DNA from: Clostridia bacterium
Lineage (GTDB): Bacteria; Bacillota; Clostridia; JAAYHZ01
Direction: 5' to 3'
Length of the DNA: 64,000 bases
Assembly: GCA_050950825.1 (NCBI GenBank)
Contig: JBMNIH010000010.1
Span: 32,001 to 96,000 of the forward strand
Both the position numbers and the translations under genes were made by a program. How positions within the stretch are numbered: position 1 is the first letter of the stretch; every line of letters starts with the position of its first letter. Below, piece after piece: positions 28,674 to 39,733 of this stretch. A model generated the notes under the pieces. It had not been told where the DNA came from and made no database searches. It saw only the letters and a program-made list of their open reading frames with translations.

Positions 28674-30679
28674 AAGAATTCTTGTTAAACGGACCGGAAG
28701 ATTACAAAGTCATGTGCCAAGAAGGCGTAAAGCAGTATGTGTTTCCCTTGGAATATTCGCATAATGCCATATGGGACAGCAACGTAAGTCCTGAAGGCAA
28801 ATTCTATTTCGGCCTTGCTTCCGAAATATTCACAGGAAACTATGTACGTTTGTGCGAGTACGACTATGAAAAGAACGATATTCATGTTCTGTTTGCCGTC
28901 GAGGACGTCATTTTGCCAAGCGACCGTACCATAAGAGCAAGTAAATTTCATACTTCCATCAGCTTCATGAAGGACGGCAAAATGATTATGACCACCCACA
29001 CCACGGACAAAAGTCCCGCCCATCCCACATGGATGCCGGAAGCGTATTACCACCACCTGTGGGAAGGATTCCCGGGATCCAACATCATCATTTACGATCC
29101 TTCCACAAAAGAAGCATGGAATATGGGTGTTCCGGTTCCCCGAGAGTCGATATACGGTGCCGTGTACGATCCCGGACACCATGCCCTATTTTTCACCGGC
29201 TTTTTCAAAGGCCATATCTACCGATACGACATTGACAAAAAGAGGGTTGCCGACTTAGGAAGAGTGTCGGAAAACTATGCTTTCCGACTGGTATTAGGTC
29301 CGGACGGTAACATTTACGGCGCCTCACGAAGCGGATATGTCTATAAAGTAGACTCCGAAACCTTAAGGATTACGGACATGAATTATCGGCTTCCCCATTA
29401 CAACTACAAATACTCGAGAGATTTTCGTAATATCAGTATCGGACGGATCGGGCCGGATGGACGCCTTTACTTTGCGGTGATGTACGGTCGTGACATAGTC
29501 GCATTGGATACAAAAACCGGTAAATTTGAAAGTATGGGAAGTTATCTTCCTTCCGACCACTATGTCAAAGGCGAAAACCGAAACGGGATTTTCGGCATGG
29601 ATTTTGACAGCAAGGGGGTCCTTTGGTATGCGGTATCCGCAAAAAACGATACCGCCGACAAGCCTGAAACCGGTCTTCCCGGCTCTTTGTTCCGCTGGGA
29701 TATTACAAGATCCGGAAAACCGGAATGGGTCGGACTTTTAGGCACCAAAAAACGTGTCGGCGCATGGATCAGCGAGGTATGCATCTCCAAAGACGATATC
29801 CTTTATGCGGCCGGCTCCAACCACAGCCTGGACGGTCCGGACATTACCGCTATCGATCTGAAAACGTTCGAACCGAATATGCATAAGCTTTCGGAAGGCT
29901 TGGAAGACCGATTCTATGATCCGAGTGCACCCGAATACATTGCAAGCTCGAAAAAGCTGTTCGATTTGGAGGAAATCGGAAAGGAAAATCCCCATACCTT
30001 CGACCTGCCTTTGGCCGCATCACCTATACTTCTTTGGCGGGCGTTAGCACCCGACAGCATTGACAATTCCTCCGTGACGGGATTGTTTTGGAATGAAGAG
30101 GGAATTTTGTACGGCATTTGCGGCAAAGACCAAAGGTTTATCTTTGAAATCAAGGATTTGAAATTGAATCGTATAGAAAAAATCGACAGCTTGGATAAGG
30201 ATTTTGTTTCGGACCTTTTGGACAAATTCGAACCGAAGCCTTCGAACTTAAAAACGTCATTTAAGCTTCCTTCGTATCCCGGAAGGCAATACAAAGCGGT
30301 ACCTTCGGTCCATGCGGAATTCTCCGAAGGACGAATCGTCGTAGGAACAAAAGACGGCATGTTAGCTATCGTATCCGATAACGGCGTATATTCCCTAGGA
30401 CCCGCTTCGCCGAACGGGCCTATTCATGCCATGACCGTAACACCGGACAAGACCCTTTTGTTCGGCGTTGCCGGCGACCCGGACGACATCGGTTCCGTCT
30501 TTACCTACGACGACAAAAACGGTCTTTTGTGGAAAGGATATATCATCTATGAAGCCGTCGATTCGGCAGGTGCGGTATGCTGTTCTCGATTGTCCTGCTG
30601 TTCCGTCAGCAAAGACGGGAAATATTTGGCCATTGCATCCAACGACCGATTAGGAACGGTCCTTTTGTATCAATTGTAG
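28670..30679 (+). CDS. Beta-propeller hypothetical protein
   Basis: Repeated GPDGNIY / GPDGRLY / DSKGVLWY blade-like motifs; ATGA overlap with the previous gene. Confidence 0.65.
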   Translation: MKEFLLNGPEDYKVMCQEGVKQYVFPLEYSHNAIWDSNVSPEGKFYFGLASEIFTGNYVRLCEYDYEKNDIHVLFAVEDVILPSDRTIRASKFHTSISFMKDGKMIMTTHTTDKSPAHPTWMPEAYYHHLWEGFPGSNIIIYDPSTKEAWNMGVPVPRESIYGAVYDPGHHALFFTGFFKGHIYRYDIDKKRVADLGRVSENYAFRLVLGPDGNIYGASRSGYVYKVDSETLRITDMNYRLPHYNYKYSRDFRNISIGRIGPDGRLYFAVMYGRDIVALDTKTGKFESMGSYLPSDHYVKGENRNGIFGMDFDSKGVLWYAVSAKNDTADKPETGLPGSLFRWDITRSGKPEWVGLLGTKKRVGAWISEVCISKDDILYAAGSNHSLDGPDITAIDLKTFEPNMHKLSEGLEDRFYDPSAPEYIASSKKLFDLEEIGKENPHTFDLPLAASPILLWRALAPDSIDNSSVTGLFWNEEGILYGICGKDQRFIFEIKDLKLNRIEKIDSLDKDFVSDLLDKFEPKPSNLKTSFKLPSYPGRQYKAVPSVHAEFSEGRIVVGTKDGMLAIVSDNGVYSLGPASPNGPIHAMTVTPDKTLLFGVAGDPDDIGSVFTYDDKNGLLWKGYIIYEAVDSAGAVCCSRLSCCSVSKDGKYLAIASNDRLGTVLLYQL

Positions 30680-30694
30680 CCAAGGAGGTCTTTT

Positions 30695-31843
30695 ATGGAA
30701 CAGAAAAAATTACGATTAGGTGTCGTCGGATTGGGACATCGAGCCGTTCATTTAATGCGATTGTACAATGCTCATCCCCTTTGGCAGGTGGTAGCCTTAT
30801 GCGACAAGTACCAAGCGTTGACGCAAAAGACGGCAGCCGCTTTAGGACAGCCGGACGTCAAGCTCTTTACGTCCTACGAAGAAATGGTACGCTCCGTCCC
30901 TATGGATGCTTTGCTTATTACCGTCGACCCCAATATCCAAACGGAGTTGGCTTGCGACGCCATGACACGGGGACTTCACGTTACTACGGAGGTCCCGGCG
31001 GCATACACTCTTGATCAATGCAGAAGTCTGGTTCGGACCGTGAGAAAAACGGGCGCAAAATACCAATTGAGCGAACAAACCCGATATTGGGGCTTTATTC
31101 AAGAATGGCGCCGAATGGCCGAAAGAGGGGAATTCGGAAAAATCCTTTTTATGGAAGGAGAGTACCTTCACTACGAAGAGAACTGGATGTTTTGGGTGGA
31201 CCCGGAAACCGGAGAGCTCTTCGGCGGAGGCAAGCCACCGGAGGGAAGAAAAACGGTTCCCACCTGGCGAAACACCACCTTTAGGCATCCCATCTACTAT
31301 TTGCCCCATGAATTAAGTCCCTTGCTCAGTATCATTGATGATAGGGTTACAAAAGTGTCCTGTATGGGAACTCGACCCGTAAGCTATCATACGGAGGATT
31401 TCCCGGCAAGAGATATGGAAGTGGCGCTGATGCATACGGAAAAAGACGTTATTATGCGGTTGGCGGTAGGCTTTACTTCTCCGCACCCGCCGAGAAGCAA
31501 AATACATGCCCACTGGTACCAGGTAAAAGGGACAAAATGCACGGTGGAATGGGCAAGAACCGATAAAGAGCAGCCGAAAATGTGGCGATACGAGGACAAT
31601 ACCTGGCGGGATATGAACTGGTCTCCGGAAGTAAAAGAGGCTTCGGAATTCATCAAAAGCAGCGGACATTTAGGAGCCGACTGGTGGCCCGTTGACAGCT
31701 TTGCAAGAGCGATTCTGTACGACGAACCGCTTTCGATGGATGTTTACAAGGCAGTGGAAACGGCGGCTCCTGCCATATTGGCAGCGGAATCTTGTGAAAA
31801 GGGCGGAATTCTTTTGGAGGTTCCGAATTTTAGGGAGGAATGA
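30695..31843 (+). CDS. Gfo/Idh/MocA family oxidoreductase
   Basis: GVVGLGHRA Rossmann, HVTTEVP, EGEYLH, GHLGAD. Confidence 0.88.
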   Translation: MEQKKLRLGVVGLGHRAVHLMRLYNAHPLWQVVALCDKYQALTQKTAAALGQPDVKLFTSYEEMVRSVPMDALLITVDPNIQTELACDAMTRGLHVTTEVPAAYTLDQCRSLVRTVRKTGAKYQLSEQTRYWGFIQEWRRMAERGEFGKILFMEGEYLHYEENWMFWVDPETGELFGGGKPPEGRKTVPTWRNTTFRHPIYYLPHELSPLLSIIDDRVTKVSCMGTRPVSYHTEDFPARDMEVALMHTEKDVIMRLAVGFTSPHPPRSKIHAHWYQVKGTKCTVEWARTDKEQPKMWRYEDNTWRDMNWSPEVKEASEFIKSSGHLGADWWPVDSFARAILYDEPLSMDVYKAVETAAPAILAAESCEKGGILLEVPNFREE

Positions 31844-31846
31844 TAT

Positions 31847-32842
31847 ATGAAATACAAGTGGATACCGGTAAACTTAAACGCACCCTTTGCACCTCGTGAC
31901 GGTGCGGGGCTTCTGTCTTTCAAAGGGAAGCTGTGGCTTTTGGGAGGATGGAACCCGAAAGACAAAGTAAACTTCCCCTCCATATGCAATTCCGAGGTAT
32001 GGTCTTCCGAGGACGGATTGAACTGGACTTTGGAGATAAAGGAAGCACCCTGGGAAGGAAGACATACGGCGGGTTATGTGGTTCATGATCAAAAGATGTG
32101 GATTGTGGGAGGCGATTGCATCCAAGGGCGCTACCAGCCGGATGTGTGGTGCTCGGAAAACGGCAAGGACTGGGAGCTCGTCTCGGATAACGTTCCGTGG
32201 GGGCAAAGAGTGCTGCATCATACCGTGGCTTTCAAAGGGAAAATATGGGTCATGGGCGGACAAACCGTCCCCGGATTCGTACCTTCCGAACCGAGAACGA
32301 TATACTATAACGATGTATGGTGCTCCGAAGACGGAAAGCATTGGGATCTCGTACTGGAGCACGCACCGTGGGTTCCGAGGGGCATGATCGGGAATAACGC
32401 CGTACTCCATGATCGTATATGGTTATTAGGTGGCGGTACCTATGATACGCCGGAGTTTCCCGTAAGAAAATATTACAACGACGTTTGGAGTACGGAAGAC
32501 GGAATCCGGTGGGAGCTTCACAGAGAAACGAGCCCGTGGAAAGGAAGACAGTACCATGAGATTGCGGCATTTGACGGACATTTGTGGGTAATGGAAGGCT
32601 TTGACGGCGTCTTTTACATCGAAATGCCGGACGGTACAAAGAAATTTAAAAATCCGGATAGAAGCGGCAATATTAAAGACGTTTGGTATTCTCCGGACGG
32701 TGTTCATTGGGAGGAATTACCCGATACGCCTTGGCTGCCTCGCCATGCGGCAAGTGTTACGGTACATCAAGATGCGTTGTGGATGGTAGCGGGAAACAAT
32801 ATGACACCGGATGTGTGGAAATTGGTAAGGATTTCCGACTAA
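31847..32842 (+). CDS. Kelch-like repeat beta-propeller protein
   Basis: About six repeats of PW..R....V..GKxWxxGG...DVWxSEDGxxW. Confidence 0.85.
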   Translation: MKYKWIPVNLNAPFAPRDGAGLLSFKGKLWLLGGWNPKDKVNFPSICNSEVWSSEDGLNWTLEIKEAPWEGRHTAGYVVHDQKMWIVGGDCIQGRYQPDVWCSENGKDWELVSDNVPWGQRVLHHTVAFKGKIWVMGGQTVPGFVPSEPRTIYYNDVWCSEDGKHWDLVLEHAPWVPRGMIGNNAVLHDRIWLLGGGTYDTPEFPVRKYYNDVWSTEDGIRWELHRETSPWKGRQYHEIAAFDGHLWVMEGFDGVFYIEMPDGTKKFKNPDRSGNIKDVWYSPDGVHWEELPDTPWLPRHAASVTVHQDALWMVAGNNMTPDVWKLVRISD

Positions 32843-33005
32843 TGCATAAAGAATAAACCATGTATGGCTCCTATAGGCCATATTTCCACAAATTTGTGCG
32901 TTTTAAATCTTTTTTAACCTATTTACTTTCTCGGTCTATTGATATATATTAAATAACAACAACAATATTTACTATGTTTTTTTTTATGTGAGAAGGAGGA
33001 GAAGT

Positions 33006-34997
33006 ATGAGAAAAAGAACTATTTTTGCACTCCTATTAGTTGTTGCAATGACAATGTCTTTGTTGGCGGGTTGTGAATCCTACAATCCGACGTATGATAC
33101 ATTGGTTATCGCAACGACATCCTTTGAAGGTAAATTTAATCCCTTCTATGCAGAGAGTGCTTATGACTGGCAGGTTTTGAACCAAATCTTTGTTACCCCG
33201 CAGATGGTAAACAAAGATAACGTGCTGGAAGATTATGCAGGTTCCATCGATTACAAAGAAATCAAAGCCGACGACGGACATACGCAAGTAGAATATACCA
33301 TCAAAATTAAAAAAGGTATGAAGTATACCGACGGTACACCGGTGACTATCGACGACGTTATCTACTGCTACTATGTTTGGGCTGACCCTTCCTACACAGG
33401 TCCGAGTTCTACATTCTACACCGAGGACATCGTAGGTTTGAAGGAATACTACTATGACGACCCGAACTACTCGTCCGTAATCGAAGGTTATGCGAAAGCC
33501 GTTGAAGAAAAATACTCCTTGGATACCATTTCCAAAGAAGACTTTATTACGTACTTAATAGAGACGAAATTGGAAGGCTGGTGGAATGGAAATCCTTCGG
33601 CTGAAATCGCAAGCGGCTATACTTGGTCCGATTACATCATTGACGAAGGTTTCGAAGAACAACTTAAGAACATCGACGCTTCCAACCCCGACCAAATGCT
33701 GGCATTGTTAGCGGAAGTGGAATATACCAACTATGCAGAATACTACGATCCTGCAACTTGGTGGGGAGCAAAGCTTGCCGAAGATTATATCAAAGGCAAC
33801 TTGGAAGACGGTATTGACGTTCCGACCATCACCGGTATTACCAAGGTTGACGATTATACATGCAAAGTATTGTACAATTCCGTTAATATTTACGGAGACC
33901 GTACCGTCAACGCTTATTTGGTTCCCAGACACTACTACGGTGAATTTACAAAGGGTAATGCGGAAGCCGTTGTAAGTGCGAATATGGATAAGCCGATGGG
34001 CTCGGGTCCGTACATTTGGCAAGGTTACGCCGATAATATCGTTACTTGCGTAGCCAATGACAACTTCTTCTTAGGAAAACCCTACATCAAGACGGTTAAA
34101 TGGCAAGTTTACACCGATGAAGACATTCTTGCGGCATTTGTTGCCGGAGACATCGATATTGCAAACCCGACCTTGAACAAAGATAAATTACAGGCTTACA
34201 TTGATGCAGGCCTCCACTACGACTTGGTTGACAACAACGGTTACGGATACTTAGGTATCAACTCCAACAATGTTGAAAAACTGGTAAGACAAGGGTTTAT
34301 GCACTTATTGAACCGCAAGCCTTCCGTTGAAGGTTACTACGGAACAATGGCTCAATTGATCGAACGTCCGATGACCACCACATTAGCCGAATATCCGGAC
34401 GAAGCGAAGGAATACTACGGATACGATCCTCAAAAGGCACTTGCGAAATTCAAGGAAGCCGGATACGAACAAAAAGACGGTAAGCTGGTGAAAAACGGAC
34501 AGCAATTAGTGCTTAACGTTTACATCGGCGGTGACGGTATCGGTGACCATCCGGGTTATGCGATGCTGACACAAGCGGCGAACGACTTAAAGAACATGGG
34601 CGGCGAGCTCATTATCCACGACGTTCAATTCTCCGTATTGCAAGCGGCCATGAACAGCGGAGAAGCCGATATGTTCGTACTTGCTTGGGGTACCGTTACC
34701 ACTTGCGACCAAAGATCGCAATACATGACCGGCGGAGGACAAAACCGTACCAATATCAGCAACAAAGAACTTGACAATATTTTGGAACAAATCGTCGTTA
34801 CCATGGATCTGAAAGAAAGAAAGGCTCTTGTTGCCAAAGCATTGGATATCGTTATGGAAGAAGCCGTTGAAATGCCTCTTTATCAAAGAAAGAACGGATA
34901 CGTTTACAATCCGGTTACCGTCGATATTTCATCACTGCCTGAAACATCGACCTACTGGAGCTACGAAAACGTTCTGTACAAGATCAAGCTTAACTAA
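33006..34997 (+). CDS. oppA: Oligopeptide-family ABC transporter substrate-binding lipoprotein
   Basis: Lipobox LAGC, FNPFY, DGTPVTIDDV, PMGSGPY; family 5 SBP. Confidence 0.88.
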   Translation: MRKRTIFALLLVVAMTMSLLAGCESYNPTYDTLVIATTSFEGKFNPFYAESAYDWQVLNQIFVTPQMVNKDNVLEDYAGSIDYKEIKADDGHTQVEYTIKIKKGMKYTDGTPVTIDDVIYCYYVWADPSYTGPSSTFYTEDIVGLKEYYYDDPNYSSVIEGYAKAVEEKYSLDTISKEDFITYLIETKLEGWWNGNPSAEIASGYTWSDYIIDEGFEEQLKNIDASNPDQMLALLAEVEYTNYAEYYDPATWWGAKLAEDYIKGNLEDGIDVPTITGITKVDDYTCKVLYNSVNIYGDRTVNAYLVPRHYYGEFTKGNAEAVVSANMDKPMGSGPYIWQGYADNIVTCVANDNFFLGKPYIKTVKWQVYTDEDILAAFVAGDIDIANPTLNKDKLQAYIDAGLHYDLVDNNGYGYLGINSNNVEKLVRQGFMHLLNRKPSVEGYYGTMAQLIERPMTTTLAEYPDEAKEYYGYDPQKALAKFKEAGYEQKDGKLVKNGQQLVLNVYIGGDGIGDHPGYAMLTQAANDLKNMGGELIIHDVQFSVLQAAMNSGEADMFVLAWGTVTTCDQRSQYMTGGGQNRTNISNKELDNILEQIVVTMDLKERKALVAKALDIVMEEAVEMPLYQRKNGYVYNPVTVDISSLPETSTYWSYENVLYKIKLN

Positions 34998-35016
34998 TAT
35001 CGAAGAAAAAGGCTTG

Positions 35017-35048
35017 AATCTCTCCGCTGTGAATACAGCGGAGAGATT
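35017..35048 (+). terminator. Stem-loop after oppA
   Basis: AATCTCTCCGCTGT / ACAGCGGAGAGATT 14-bp stem. Confidence 0.75.
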
Positions 35049-35160
35049 TATTATATTCAACAATAGCCGGAATAAATAACCATAAGTAAGGGTTATCGGC
35101 GATATGAAAATGATCCATGTCTTACATATACCATCTTACTAAAGGGGAAGGAAGAAGAAG

Positions 35161-36138
35161 ATGAGACAATACATTATCAAAAGGGTGATAATCAGTTTCA
35201 TTGTGCTGATCGGCGTATCCATTATGCTATACGCCATAACCAGAATGATGCCGTCTGATTTTGTAGAATTATCGACAGCCAATAACTTGAAAATCACCGA
35301 AGAACAAAAAGAACATTTGCGAGAATTGTACGGCCTCAATACGGGTATTATTGAAGGCTACTTTTTATGGTTAGGGAAAGTTATTAAAGGAGACCTTGGC
35401 GTATCGTTATATTATAAACGACCGGTTGCGGAATTAATTAAATCCTATGCGCCCATTACCTTTACGGTAGCATTTATCGCCTTGATATTGGAATTGCTTG
35501 TAGCCATACCGCTAGGCATTATAGCGGCTACAAACCAATACAGCAAAAAAGACTATTTGATCGTTATGTTTGCATTTATGGGAATTTCCCTGCCGATTTT
35601 CTTTTTTGCCGTGATATTAAAACGAATATTCGGCCCGTTTGGATTGAACATCCTGCCGGTAGCAGGAATGTTGAATGCCCGAGCTACATATACAGGTTTT
35701 TCATTTGCTAAATTAATGGATTATGCACGGCATTTGATCATGCCCATTACGTGCTTCGTTATTACCAGTGTCGGGGGGCTTTTGCGCTATACTCGAACCA
35801 ACATGCTGGAGGTTTTAAATTCCGACTATGTCAGAACCGCCAGAGCCAAGGGACTGCCGGAGCGGAAGGTCATAGGAAAACATGCCTTTAAGAATACATT
35901 GATTCCTATCGTTACCTTGGTAGGAGGCATGCTGCCCGGATTGTTTTCCGGTGCCGCCATTACCGAAGGACTTTTCTCCATCGAAGGATTGGGAAACATG
36001 GCGCTGACCGCTTCTTATCAAGCGGACGTTCCCTACTTAATGGGATTTAACATGTTTCTTGCGGTTATGACCCTAATCGGCACATTATTATCCGACATAC
36101 TTTATGCCGCCGTAGATCCGCGTATTCGATACAGTTAG
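35161..36138 (+). CDS. oppB: Oligopeptide ABC permease
   Basis: GDLGVS, DYVRTARAKGL EAA motif, DPRIR end. Confidence 0.92.
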   Translation: MRQYIIKRVIISFIVLIGVSIMLYAITRMMPSDFVELSTANNLKITEEQKEHLRELYGLNTGIIEGYFLWLGKVIKGDLGVSLYYKRPVAELIKSYAPITFTVAFIALILELLVAIPLGIIAATNQYSKKDYLIVMFAFMGISLPIFFFAVILKRIFGPFGLNILPVAGMLNARATYTGFSFAKLMDYARHLIMPITCFVITSVGGLLRYTRTNMLEVLNSDYVRTARAKGLPERKVIGKHAFKNTLIPIVTLVGGMLPGLFSGAAITEGLFSIEGLGNMALTASYQADVPYLMGFNMFLAVMTLIGTLLSDILYAAVDPRIRYS

Positions 36139-36146
36139 GAGGACGA

Positions 36147-37472
36147 ATGATGGAAGAAATTAAAACTAACAATATCGAAGCCCGTGATTCTACGGAGAAT
36201 AATCGGATCTTTTTAACCCCGGGCCAATTGGTCATGAGGCGTTTTATTCGTAACAGAGCCGCCGTTATCGGAATAGTGGTTTTAGTCTTCATGGTCGTGT
36301 TTTGCTTTATCGGTCCTTTGTTTTTGCCGTATACCGAAACCGAATTGTTTTACATGGCAAAGGAACAAAATACGGTAACCGCGGAAGACGGTACCGTTAT
36401 CGGTTTTATCTTTGAAATCGACGAAAGCTTAACCTTTACAAGCGAAACGGAATACGGAAGAGTAAGTAACAATACACCTTTTGTTGAAACCACAAAAGGA
36501 TCTTTGCTCTCTATGGAAGAACGAGATCTTACGGCTCTCACTTCCAAAGACACCGATGCCGAATACTATGTAAGCATGATGAGCGGCGTTTCCGGCAACG
36601 AGCAAGCCGTTGCGGCTTTTTATGAGGACGGAACATGGATTATGAACGTGTTAACCGATAGCGGTTTCATCAACGTTAGCGGTACATGGGAGTACCACGA
36701 CAAGGAAGAAATCCGCATGAACGATCGTCGTATCGTCAATGCCGTATTGAATGTTCGTGCCGCACCGTCGAAGGCTCATCCCTTAGGGACCGACCAAGGA
36801 GGTCGCGACATGCTTACCCGCCTTATGTACGGCGGAAGGGTCTCCCTATTGGTAGGCTTGTGTGTTGTAATTGTGGAATTACTCATCGGCGTAACTTTAG
36901 GAGGTATTGCAGGTTATTACGGCGGAAAAATCGATATGGTTATCATGAGGCTGGTAGAAATATTCTACGCCATTCCCTTTATCCCGCTGATGCTGATTAT
37001 CTCGTCCATAATGATGCAGCTTCGAATATCACCTGCTAATAAGATATATTACATCATGTTTGTCATGGGTATCTTGTATTGGGCCGGCGTCGCCCGTATG
37101 ATCCGCGGACAGATTCTCTCTTTAAGAGAAATGGAATACATGCAAGCGGCGGAGGCATTAGGCTTGAGGACATCTCGGAAGATTTTCAAGCATTTAATCC
37201 CCAACGTAATGCCCTTGATTATTGTTATGGCTACCATGGATTTAGGAAGCATTATATTAACGGAATCCACCATGAGCTTCTTAGGCGTCGGAGTTGCCGC
37301 TCCCTACGCTTCGTGGGGAAATATGGTCAGCGCCGTTACATCCGCTACGGTTATGAAAAACAATCCATGGATTTGGATACCGCCCGGATTATGCATTCTG
37401 ATCACCGTTTTGGCATTTAACTTTGTCGGTGACGGTCTGCGTGATGCCTTCGATCCCAAGATGAAACGGTAG
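36147..37472 (+). CDS. oppC: Oligopeptide ABC permease with extracytoplasmic insertion
   Basis: HPLGTDQGGRD, EYMQAAEALG, GDGLRDAFDPK. Confidence 0.9.
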   Translation: MMEEIKTNNIEARDSTENNRIFLTPGQLVMRRFIRNRAAVIGIVVLVFMVVFCFIGPLFLPYTETELFYMAKEQNTVTAEDGTVIGFIFEIDESLTFTSETEYGRVSNNTPFVETTKGSLLSMEERDLTALTSKDTDAEYYVSMMSGVSGNEQAVAAFYEDGTWIMNVLTDSGFINVSGTWEYHDKEEIRMNDRRIVNAVLNVRAAPSKAHPLGTDQGGRDMLTRLMYGGRVSLLVGLCVVIVELLIGVTLGGIAGYYGGKIDMVIMRLVEIFYAIPFIPLMLIISSIMMQLRISPANKIYYIMFVMGILYWAGVARMIRGQILSLREMEYMQAAEALGLRTSRKIFKHLIPNVMPLIIVMATMDLGSIILTESTMSFLGVGVAAPYASWGNMVSAVTSATVMKNNPWIWIPPGLCILITVLAFNFVGDGLRDAFDPKMKR

Positions 37473-37480
37473 GTGATAAA

Positions 37481-38626
37481 ATGACAGCGAAAAGCGATAA
37501 AAAAGTTTTAAAAGAAATAAAGAGATTTAACAATCAAAAGTATCGAGATTACAATAAATATTTGAAGCGTAAACGGGTGCCGGAAAACGAATACATCACC
37601 GTCATGAAGGATCCGAATAATATTTTGGAGATCGATAACCTTCAAGCCTATTTCTACACCGATATCGGAACGGTGAAAGCGGTAGACGGTGTTACCTTCG
37701 ATGTGCCCATGGGAAAAACCATCGGCGTTGTAGGCGAATCCGGATGCGGGAAAAGCGTAACCGGTCTTTCCATTATGCGCCTGCTTCAAAGTCCCCAGGG
37801 GCAGATTACCGGAGGAGAAATTCGGTTGAATCAGGTAGGCTTGAACCGAGCCGTTAATATTCCGAAAATGCCTTTGAAGGAAGTGGAAAAAATCCGGGGC
37901 AAGGAAATCGCTATGATCTTCCAAGAACCCATGACATCTCTGAACCCGGTCTTTACCATCGGAGACCAAATCGATGAGATTATTGAGCTGCATAACCCGA
38001 ATATGAACAAAAACGAAGTAAAAGCTCGTACGATAGAAATGTTGAACATGGTAGGCATTCCGCGAGCGGAAGGGGTCTACAAAAACTATCCCCACGAGCT
38101 TTCCGGCGGTATGAGGCAGCGTGTCATGATCGCCATGGCATTGTCTTGCAACCCTCGTTTAATTATCGCCGACGAACCTACGACGGCATTGGACGTTACC
38201 ATACAAGCGCAAATATTGGATTTGCTGGTCACGTTAAAAGAAAAAATCAACTCCTCCATCATGCTGATCACCCATGACTTGGGTGTCGTGGCGGAAGTGG
38301 CGGATATCGTCGTCGTTATGTATGCAGGAAGAGTTGTGGAGCAGGGTACGGCGGAGGAAATCTTTTATCATCCAAGCCATCCCTATACACTGGGACTGAT
38401 GAAATCCCGTCCTTCTTTGAATGCAGACGCAAAAAGATTGTATTCCATACCGGGCAACGTTCCGAACCCGATTAATATGCCGAACCACTGCTACTACAGG
38501 AACCGATGCGAATTTGCTACGGCAGAATGCGGCGGGGTTTATCCCCCTATGATACAATTAAGCGAAACCCACAAGGTCTGCTGTTACAACCCTATCAAAG
38601 GGAATTTTACGTTAGGAGGAGAGTAA
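37481..38626 (+). CDS. oppD: Oligopeptide ABC ATP-binding protein
   Basis: [30 protein letters not shown]-terminal Cys motif. Confidence 0.93.
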   Translation: MTAKSDKKVLKEIKRFNNQKYRDYNKYLKRKRVPENEYITVMKDPNNILEIDNLQAYFYTDIGTVKAVDGVTFDVPMGKTIGVVGESGCGKSVTGLSIMRLLQSPQGQITGGEIRLNQVGLNRAVNIPKMPLKEVEKIRGKEIAMIFQEPMTSLNPVFTIGDQIDEIIELHNPNMNKNEVKARTIEMLNMVGIPRAEGVYKNYPHELSGGMRQRVMIAMALSCNPRLIIADEPTTALDVTIQAQILDLLVTLKEKINSSIMLITHDLGVVAEVADIVVVMYAGRVVEQGTAEEIFYHPSHPYTLGLMKSRPSLNADAKRLYSIPGNVPNPINMPNHCYYRNRCEFATAECGGVYPPMIQLSETHKVCCYNPIKGNFTLGGE

Positions 38627-38627
38627 T

Positions 38628-39656
38628 ATGCAAAAAAATGACAACATACTGGAAGTGAAAAACCTCAAAACGTATTTTCCCATTAAGTCCGGTGTCTTGC
38701 AAAGAACCGTTGGCCATATTAAAGCGGTAGACGATGTGAGTTTCTCCATAAAAAAAGGACAAACTTTCGGGCTGGTGGGAGAATCCGGTTGCGGAAAAAC
38801 CACGATCGGGAGATCCATACTTCGGTTGGTAGAGCCCACGGCCGGCTCCATCATTATTGACGGAGTGGATATCTCCAAGTTAAAATCGAAAGAGCTGCGG
38901 AGTATGCGGAAAAAGATGCAACTCATTTTCCAAGACCCGTATTCTTCCTTGAACCCTCGCTTACCGGTGGGAGAAATCATCGGAGAAGCCGTGTGGGAGC
39001 ACTACATCCGAAACCAAAAAAACGGTACGCCGGATAACGAATTGAACTTAACAAAGGAAAATTTCCGTGATTATATTCTGTCCGTCATGAACGACTGCGG
39101 TCTGTTCCCTTACTATATTGACCGTTATCCCCACGAGTTTTCGGGGGGACAAAGACAGAGAATATGTATAGCAAGAGCACTGGCTTTAAACCCCGGGCTC
39201 ATTATTGCAGACGAACCGGTTTCGGCCTTGGACGTTTCCATACAAGCCCAAATTATTAACCTCATGAAGGAGCTGCAGGAAAAAAGGAATTTGACCTACT
39301 TGTTCATTTCCCATGACTTGTCGGTGGTTGAATACATTTCGGATGTTGTGGCGGTAATGTATTTGGGAAATATCGTGGAAATGGCACCGAAGAAAAGCTT
39401 GTTCGGCAACCCCTTACATCCCTATACGGAAGCGCTTTTGTCCGCCGTTCCTTATCCCGATCCTGCGGCAAAGCGCAATAAAAAGAGGATTATCTTAAAA
39501 GGCGACCTTCCGTCTCCCGCAAATCCTCCCGTAGGATGCCGATTCCACACCCGATGTCCTTACGCAAAGGACATTTGTGCACAAAAGATTCCGGAATACA
39601 AAGAGGTTGCTCCCGAGCACTACTGCATGTGTCACAAGGTAAACGGACTATTTTAA
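38628..39656 (+). CDS. oppF: Oligopeptide ABC ATP-binding protein
   Basis: [34 protein letters not shown]. Confidence 0.93.
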   Translation: MQKNDNILEVKNLKTYFPIKSGVLQRTVGHIKAVDDVSFSIKKGQTFGLVGESGCGKTTIGRSILRLVEPTAGSIIIDGVDISKLKSKELRSMRKKMQLIFQDPYSSLNPRLPVGEIIGEAVWEHYIRNQKNGTPDNELNLTKENFRDYILSVMNDCGLFPYYIDRYPHEFSGGQRQRICIARALALNPGLIIADEPVSALDVSIQAQIINLMKELQEKRNLTYLFISHDLSVVEYISDVVAVMYLGNIVEMAPKKSLFGNPLHPYTEALLSAVPYPDPAAKRNKKRIILKGDLPSPANPPVGCRFHTRCPYAKDICAQKIPEYKEVAPEHYCMCHKVNGLF

Positions 39657-39667
39657 AAAATATAAAG

Positions 39668-39693
39668 AACAGGAGCGTGTGCTCCTGTTTTTT
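39668..39693. terminator. Intrinsic terminator
   Basis: AACAGGAGC / GCTCCTGTT followed by a T tract. Confidence 0.8.
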
Positions 39694-39733
39694 ATGCCCA
39701 ATAACCTCATTTTACTTTTCATATCCTAAAACC

